A stretch of DNA of 64,000 nucleotides from the human T2T-CHM13v2.0 reference genome, Homo sapiens. The position numbers were made by a program, and so were the translations under genes. Location: NCBI RefSeq assembly GCF_009914755.1, contig NC_060947.1, one strand, 5' to 3'. This document shows, one piece after another, positions 56,637-64,000 of this stretch. The first letter of the stretch is position 1, and every line of letters begins with the position of its first letter. The notes under the pieces are model-generated. The model searched no databases and was not told the DNA's origin. It was given only the letters and a program-made list of their open reading frames with translations.

Positions 56637-56940
56637 TATTTGTTTGTTTGTTTGTTTGAGACGGAGTCTCTCACTGTCGCCCAGACTGGAGTTCAGTAGA
56701 GTGATCTTGGTTCACTGCAAGCTCCGCCTCCCGGGTTCACGCCATTCTCCTGCCTCAGCCTCCCGAGTAGCTGGGACTACAGGCACCCGCCAGCATGCTC
56801 GGCTAATTTTTTTTGTATTTTTAGTAGAGAGAGGGTTTTACCTTGTTAGCCAGGATGGTCTCGCTCTCCTGACCTCGTGATCTGCCCACCTCAGCCTCCC
56901 AAAGTGCTGGGATTACAGGCATGAGCCACCACACTAGGCC
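56637..56940 (-). mobile_element. AluY nested in L1PA7, (TTTG)n tail
   Basis: gcaagctccgcctcccgggttcacgccattctcc. TSD gggctaagatgatggg (56616) / gggctgagacaatggg (56941). Confidence 0.95.
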
Positions 56941-57730
56941 GGGCTGAGACAATGGGGTTTTCTAGAAATACAATCATGTCACCTGCAAACAGAGACAATT
57001 TGACTTCCTCTCTTCCTATTTGAATACCCTTTATTTTTTTCACTTGTCTGATTGCCCTGGCCAGAACTTCCAATACTATGTTGATTAGGAGTGGTGAGAG
57101 AAGGCATCCTTGACTTGTCCCGGTTTTCAAAGGGAATGTTTTCTGTTCTAACCATCAGGCCCCTCTTCTGCAGGTCTGCTGGAGTTTGCTGGAGGTCTAC
57201 TCCAGACACGATTTGCCTGGGTATCACCAGTGGAGGCTGCAGAACAGCAAAGACTTCTGCCTGGTCCTTTCTATGGAAGCTTCATCCCACAGGGGCACCC
57301 ACCAGATGCTAGCCAGAGCTCTCCTGCATGAGGTATCTGCCGACCCCTGCTGGGAGGTGTCTCCCAGTCAGGAGGCATGGGGGTCAGGAACCCACTTGAG
57401 GAGGCAGTCTGTCCTTTACCAGAGCTCGAGTGCTATTCTGGGAGATCCACTGCTCTCTTCAGAGCTGGGAGGCAGGAACTTTTAAGTCTGCTGAAGCTGC
57501 ACTTACAGCTGCCCCTTCCCCCAGGTGCTCTGTCCCAGGGAGATGGCAGTTTTATCTATAAGCCCCTGACTGGGGCTGCTGCCTTTCTTTCAGAGATGCC
57601 CTGCCCAGAGAGGAGGAATCTAGAGAGGCAGTCAGGCGACAGCTATGCTGTGGTGGGATCCGCCCAGTTTGAACTTCCAGGCAGCTTTGTTTACATTGTG
57701 AGTAGAAAACCACCTACTCAAGTTTCAGTA

Positions 57731-58009
57731 ATGGTGGACGCCCATTCCCACACCAAGCTTGAGCATCCCAGGTTGACTTCAGACTGCTGTGCTGGAAGTG
57801 AGAATTTCAAGCCAGTGGATCTTAGCTTGCTGGGCTCAATGGGGGTGGGATCCACTGAGCAAGATCACTTGGCTCCCTGGCTTCAGCCCCCTTTCAAGGG
57901 AGTGAATGGTTCTTTCTTGCTGGCATTCCAGGTGCCACTGGGGTATGGAAATAAAAACTCCTGCAGCTGGCTCAGTGTCTGCCCAAAGGCCACCCAGTTT
58001 TGTGCTTGA
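57731..58009 (+). other. ORF0-homologous antisense reading frame in the L1PA7 5'UTR (not a host gene)
   Basis: MVDAHSHTKLEHPRLTSDCCAGSE...MGVGSTE aligns by eye with L1 ORF0 (MAGAPPPASLPPCSLISDCCASNQ...VGVGPSE). Start context gtaATGG, in frame with ORF 57377-58009. Confidence 0.6.
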
Positions 58010-58392
58010 AACCCAGGGCCCTGTTGGTGTAGGCACCCGAGGGAATGTCCTGGTCTGCGGATTGCAAAAACCATGGGAAAAGTGTAGTATCTGGGCCAGA
58101 GAGCACTGTCCCTCAGGGCACAGTCCCTATGGGCTTCCCTTGGCTAGGGGACGAAGTTCCCTGACCCCTTGTGCTTCCCTGGTTAGGCGATGCCCCACCC
58201 TGCTTCTGCTAGCCGTCAGTGGGCTGCACCCACTGTCTAATCAGTCCCAGTGAGATGAACTGGGTACCTCAGTTGGAATTTGTTGATATTGTTTCTTTAA
58301 CTTTTCTGTAAGTTTGAAATTATTTCAATATAAAATAAAACTATCATGTTATCTGCACTATTTCATAATTTATAGTAAAAAATAAACAACTT

Positions 58393-58490
58393 GAAGTAAG
58401 TCAGGCAAGATGGTCGAATAGGAACAGCTCCAGTCTGCAGCTCCCAGCGAGACCAACGCAGAAGGCGGGTGATTTCGACATATCCAACTG
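58393..58490 (+). mobile_element. Extreme 5' end of the L1PA7 element, in inverted orientation
   Basis: ggcaagatggtcgaataggaacagctccagtctgcagctcccagcgagaccaacgcagaaggcgggtgattt is the start of the L1PA7 5'UTR, preceded by the inverted TSD copy at 58379-58392. Confidence 0.93.
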
Positions 58491-59154
58491 GCCTACTTTA
58501 AGGGTGTGGTCAATAATAAGAATTTGCAAAGAAGAACAAAGCATTTTCCCAAAACGTATTCTTTGAAGAACCCATTAAAATATTTTTCCTACCCAAGAGT
58601 ATTCAGCAGAGGGAACCCAAAGGGTTAAGGCAGTTAGTTTTAAAATTCCACCCCCTTTCACACAGAGATGCTAGCAATAAGAACACAATTGATCAGCAGA
58701 AAAGAATGTCAATATTGCTTTGTACTGAAGCCCTGTTTTTGTGTTGTGTGTGCGTGTGTGTATTTGTTTGGTTTTGTTTTCTTCTAAATTCAAGTCATTA
58801 AGCAGAGTTTGACCTTCTCATACTTCAGTGAGAAAATGTACACAAAAGATGGTGCTTCTTATGAGAATTATGTCTTGTGAATTTTATGGTGGTTGACATT
58901 TGCTGTTTCATAACAGGTCACTATAAAAGCGAGATGTTTTTGCTGCAGCCAGGTCTGTGGAATGGAAGAAACCAGGTTAATAACTTGAAACCCACAGGGC
59001 ACATTCTGCCGTGGGATAGTCACATTGGCCACTCCAGTGCCATTTTATTATCTCTCTTTTGTTAGCTTGATAGAAAGGCTGACCCGTTTGCCCACAAGAG
59101 CTGCACAAGTCTAGGACACATGTTCCAAATGAGTATACATGCCTAATAGAGTTT

Positions 59155-59390
59155 CTGTATATAGTGCGGTGATTAAGTCTATAGACTTCCCTGCCAGGGT
59201 GCTAATCCTGACTCCAAAACATCTAACTGTGAGTGACTATATTCAAGTTAATTAAGCTCTCTGTGCCCCATTTTACTCATCTGTAAAACAAAGTCTATAA
59301 TAGTACCTTCTTCTTAGGGTGGTCGTGAGGATTACGTGAGTTGACAGATATAAAGCACTTAGAACAGTGTGCAACACTTGATAGGGTCTT
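59155..59390 (+). mobile_element. MIR SINE
   Basis: caagttaattaagctctctgtgccccattttactcatctgtaaaa...taaagcacttagaacagtg. Confidence 0.85.
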
Positions 59391-60959
59391 TTGAAGCACA
59401 TGGGAACAAAACATGAAGTCTATGTATCTGCATCTGTGTACACATGTGTGCCTGGGAGTGAGCATAAGGTGACTGTGGAATGCAAGTAGTCAAGAGAATT
59501 TGGAAGTATAATTGATTCTTGAGAAATGTTGAAGAATGAGTAGATTTTCAGACAGACAACATGAGGAGCAGTGAGAATATCCCAAACAGGAGCAACCTCA
59601 TGAGAAAATGTGACATTCTGTGTGAACTGCAAGTAATTCAGTAGAGTTGAAGAGATGGTCAGAAGGTGCCTACTAGCTTAAGGAGTTTATTAGTTAGTAA
59701 GCTTAGATTCTGAACCTAAGTTACATCCACTGCTAGGACTCATGCAGTCTGTGAAAGCTTGGAGAAATTGAGGAATGAGCTCGATAGAATTATTTGGGGG
59801 ATGGTGGAAGTTCTGATTGAGAAGCTGCTTAAGATAAAATCTCGTGTAAGAAAGATATAGTCATAGTGAGTGTGATATACTGATCAGGTTTTGGTTGTTG
59901 GTAGGGACAGTGATTGTATGGTCAGCATGTAGAATGACCGCTAGGGTCAACTAATGTTTCTTACCCTCTGGGTTTCATGTCTGGACATAATGATTCATCT
60001 TCAGGTTTTCTGCTTGGCTGAAAAGGTGTGAACAAATAGCTACACACCTCCCTGGTGAGGCCCTTATCGGTTGACTATAGTTTTCAAAGGAAATCATTTA
60101 ATCCTGCCATTCCAAATTAATGAAGGAATTCCATGCAGACCATTTGGCTGGCTGCCTTCCATACACAGCAGAGAAAGTCTTTGCCATCAATGCCAAGGTT
60201 TCAAATGGGCATTTTCATAAAAACAGGCAAAACAGCCCATTATCTAATTGATTTCCATAAATTATGGTGGCTGGGGAGTCAATGTCAATGCACATGGCAT
60301 TGAGCCATTTCTTGGAAGGCACTCAATTCTAGGTTTGAAATATCTTCTGTACCAATAGAGGCCCTAGATTCCTTTACTAAAAAAAAAATAATTAAAATTT
60401 TCACATTTGAATAGTGTCCACATACACAGTCTCTGAAAGCAAACATTGGGAAACTTTACCAGGTTCCCTTTGCAGCCTATCGTAAAGGAAATGTACCATG
60501 ACATTTTAAGATGAATTGGAGGTGACACATAATACTGCTGTACATATCTCTTAGCACAAACAGCCTCTTTGCCTAACAAGAGTTGTTTCTGTTTGCTTGG
60601 CTTTAATTACTTTAGAAAATGATCAGTCAGTTTCATCTTAAGTTCTTCATGCTTCAATAATATCAACTATTCTTGCCTTGTTACCCAGAAGAAACTGACT
60701 GTCACAGCTGACCAACTTGGGGGATTAGACGTGAGGACTAAGAAAACTTCGTAAATAGGATACGGTGTTCTTGCAAGCAGCAGGACCATCAGGGAGGAAG
60801 AGGAATCAAATGCAATGGAAGCAAATGACACATTGCCCCCACCCCACTCAGGTTGCTTGAGCTGACTCCGGATGCCTCTCGGTGCTCAAGTTTCCAAAAA
60901 TCACGCAACGTATTCAACTTCTCCCATTGAAGTCCCTAAAATAAACAAGGCATGCATCT

Positions 60960-61270
60960 CACTCACATAAAATTCAGTTGAGTGTCTGCCATATGCCAGA
61001 CATTGTGCTAGGTATTGGGAATAACAACTAACATATATTACTTGCTGACATGTGCCAGGCACTAGCTATTTTACATGGATTAACTCATAAATCTTAATAA
61101 TCAACCTGAAAATTATAGACTATTATAATCTCTACTTGCCCATGAAGATAATGAGGTATAGAGACTGATTTGTAAATGATCTCATAGATGAGAAATGGAA
61201 CAGTCAAAACTTAAAACCAAGAAATGAGGTCTAGCGTGCACAGGATTCATCATGATGCTCACTATTTTCC
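60960..61270 (-). mobile_element. L2 tail followed by MIR
   Basis: tatgccagacattgtgctaggtattggga, then tgtgccaggcact...tttacatggattaactcat. Confidence 0.65.
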
Positions 61271-61554
61271 TACAATGAATCAGGTTAGGTCACCACCCTG
61301 TAGAAGTACAAAGTTTAGGTAGTATAGGAGACATAAACATGAATACCATATCATGTGAATTGATTGAGTCCCTTTTAAATTCTAGGTACTACATGAAGTG
61401 CTATATTGATATTAATTCATTTAGTTCTTGTGGTATCAGGCTCATCTCTCTAGTTAAGACCAACTTTGGCTCACCAAAATAATGTGTAACATTTCAAATA
61501 TACATCTTTTTACTCATGATTTTGCTTAACATCTGTAATTAAATAGCCTCTCTC

Positions 61555-61900
61555 TTTTTTATAATGGCTTTATTGAGATATAAATCCCATTTAAATATTA
61601 ATCCTTTTAAAGTGTACAGTCCAATGACATTTAGCACATACGGGGAGCCATACAACCATCACCACATCTGATTCTAATATTTTCATCACTCTAAAATGAC
61701 ATCTTATACTCTATTAGCAGTCACTCCCCATTCCCCTTCCCCAAGACCGTAGGAAACACTGATTTGCTTCCTAATTTTTATAGTAGATTTATTGGGATAT
61801 AATTTGCATAAAACATACTGACTCATTTAAAGTGTGCAGTTTGATTTTTTTAGTACATTACTAAAAATTGTGCAACCATCACTGATATCTAATTCCAGAA
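61555..61900 (-). mobile_element. Two adjacent L1MB-like 3' ends
   Basis: gctttattgagatataa...tttaaagtgtacagt and ttttattgggatataatt...tttaaagtgtgcagtt, each followed by caaccatcac. Confidence 0.8.
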
Positions 61901-62473
61901 TTCCAGACTATCACAGAGTTGAAGAGAGGGAGATGAAAATAGATCAAGATAAATTGTCACAAAACTCTCTATTCCTATAAAAATGGAGCCATTTTTTTAA
62001 ATAAAAGTTCCTCAGATTCTTGTAAGACTTTGGCTCATTTTCAGAGTTCTAAAAAAATTAATTTTGACAATTTTTGCTCATGTTCTTATTGCTTTTGTGG
62101 AGGCGTCAATTTTGAGATTTTCTCATTTCACCATTCCCTTGGGAACAGTATCTTGGGCACTTTAAAAACGCAAAAGTTCTCAGATGCTGCAGGCCCATTT
62201 ATATACCACAAACTCCATCTTTCTTAATATAACAAACCTTCCCTAGACTTACATCTGTTAACTCAATACCAGCTGTATCATATGTATATTTAAAAATATT
62301 CTTTCCTTACTTCCACTTTTCTTCTTCCCATAAATATATATTGAACAAGTACTGTGTACTAGGATCAGAGATAGATGCTGAGGGTTAAAAGTACATTACA
62401 ATAGAGTTTATTATGACCTCATGGAGTTTAGAGTGCTGAAGGGCAGATAGACAATAAATACATCCAAGGACAT

Positions 62474-62505
62474 TGTGTTAGAGTTCTCCAAAAACACAGA
62501 ATAGG

Positions 62506-62547
<42 letters not shown>

Positions 62548-63120
62548 TGTTTGTGTAAGTATGTATGTGTGTGTATGAAGGGAGGAAAGAGAGAGATTGA
62601 GAGATAGTAGAAATTGGCTTACATGATTATGGAGACTAAGACATCCCACAATATGCCATCTGCAAACTGGAGAACCAGAAAAACTGATAGCTCAGTCCAA
62701 ATCCAAATGCCTGAGAATTAGGGTAGTTGATGATGTAATTCCCAGTCTGAGTCCAAAGGCCTGAGAACCACAGGGGTGGACTGGTTAAAGTCCTGGATTT
62801 GGAAGGCCAGAGAACCAGGAATGCAGACATCCAGGGGCAGGAGAAGATGGATGTCCCATCTCAAATAGAGACAGGCAGTGAGAGAGAGATAATTCACCCT
62901 TCCACTGTCTTTTGTTTTCTTAGAGCCTCAACACATTGGATGGTTCACACCCACATTGGTGAGGAAAGTTCTTCTTTACTCAGTCTACAAATTCAAATGT
63001 TAATCTCTTCCTGACACACTCTTAATGTTAATCTTTTCCTGACACACTAAGAAGTAATGTTTTACCAGCAATCTCGGAACTCCATGGCCAAATAAGGTTG
63101 ACACATAAAATTAACAGACA
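62474..63120 (-). mobile_element. MLT2B-family ERVL solo LTR containing a (TG)n microsatellite
   Basis: tgtgttagagttctcca...aattggcttacatgattatggag...gagtccaaaggcctgagaacc...ttgacacataaaattaac. Confidence 0.9.
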
Positions 63121-63555
63121 CCTAGGTCAAATACCAAAGTAAATTCAGGTGTGTATATGTAGGCATGCATAGAATTGGTGTTTCTAGGGCAAGGGATACT
63201 GGGGCTTATCATTTTCTCTTTCTCTCAGTGAAGTTTTGATGGAAGGTAGAATTCTAGAATTAATTCATTCAGCAATATAATATGTGTCCAGATCTCTGCT
63301 GAATTCTTGGAATGTGACAGTGAACAAATCAGACATGGTCCCTGACTTCATGGAGCTCATAGTGTAATGAGAAGTTCATGGAAGTCTACTCATCTGATTT
63401 CAATTTTCTGAACTCCATTCACTATAGAGTTTAGAAAAGATTACAGATTACAGTTTTTTTCCAAGTATAAAATAATATAAATAGAAAATAGAGAAAACAT
63501 ATGGAAATCATAAAAGGAGGCTGGCTATTGAACATAAATTGACTAAATTTTGTCA

Positions 63556-63649
63556 TAGAGTGACTAGGTATTTAGTTTGCCCAAAACTTTCCTGGACTTA
63601 GCACTGAAGGACCCATCTCCTGGTATACCCTGGATAATTGGTCACCCTA
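63556..63649. mobile_element. MER81-like hAT-Blackjack MITE
   Basis: Inverted termini tagagtgact / ggtcacccta, with internal gtttgccc and ttagcactgaa. Confidence 0.75.
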
Positions 63650-64000
63650 CTTATTAATGAGCTTTTGCGTTGGCAACAGCAGACAGATAATAAGGGTATG
63701 ATGCTGGTTGCCTAAATATAAACAAGCAAATATGTAAAATAGAACTAAAAATATCTTCTATTAAGGAAGATCATTAAAGTGTGTTTGTGGTTGTATTGGG
63801 GCAGAAAATGTACATAGAATAAGCATTACAGAAAAAGAAAACAATAAACGAAACTGATTAATTACCTACAATGTTTATATGGAAAAGGGATATATGCTGC
63901 AGTGTGAGTGTTAGGCAACATTCCTCATACTTTAATAACTAACCAATGAAACAAACAGGAAATATAAATAAGAATCAGCTCACTGAGTAAAGAAATAAAT

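Noticed and set aside
58922-58929. Canonical TATAAAAG box
   Set aside because: Expected by chance in AT-rich DNA, with no CpG island or downstream gene structure.

Overview
This is AT-rich primate genomic DNA, probably ape or human given one L1PA3-type insertion, from a gene-poor intergenic or deep intronic region. I find no supportable protein-coding gene, RNA gene, CRISPR array or prokaryote-type system. Most supplied ORFs fall inside transposon fossils or microsatellites, and the rest show no coding signal I can recognise. Much of the window is recognisable interspersed repeat: a full-length Tigger1, a two-LTR THE1 provirus, several L1s (L1PA3, PA6, PA7, PA8, PA13-16, PB, MA, MB), five Alus plus an AluJ fragment, MaLR/ERVL solo LTRs, L2, L3, MIR and hAT elements. 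Subfamily names come from my recall of consensus sequences, not a search. The most notable signals are structural. (1) A ~210-bp post-insertion inversion flipped the 5' end of an L1PA7 together with one target-site duplication (TSD), next to an open ORF0-like antisense frame. (2) A (TA)n tract is closed by perfect 17-bp inverted arms. (3) A three-segment, internally inverted old L1 sits within one TSD pair. (4) An L1PA3 carries a probable 20-nt 3' transduction. None of these amounts to a demonstrated new biological system.
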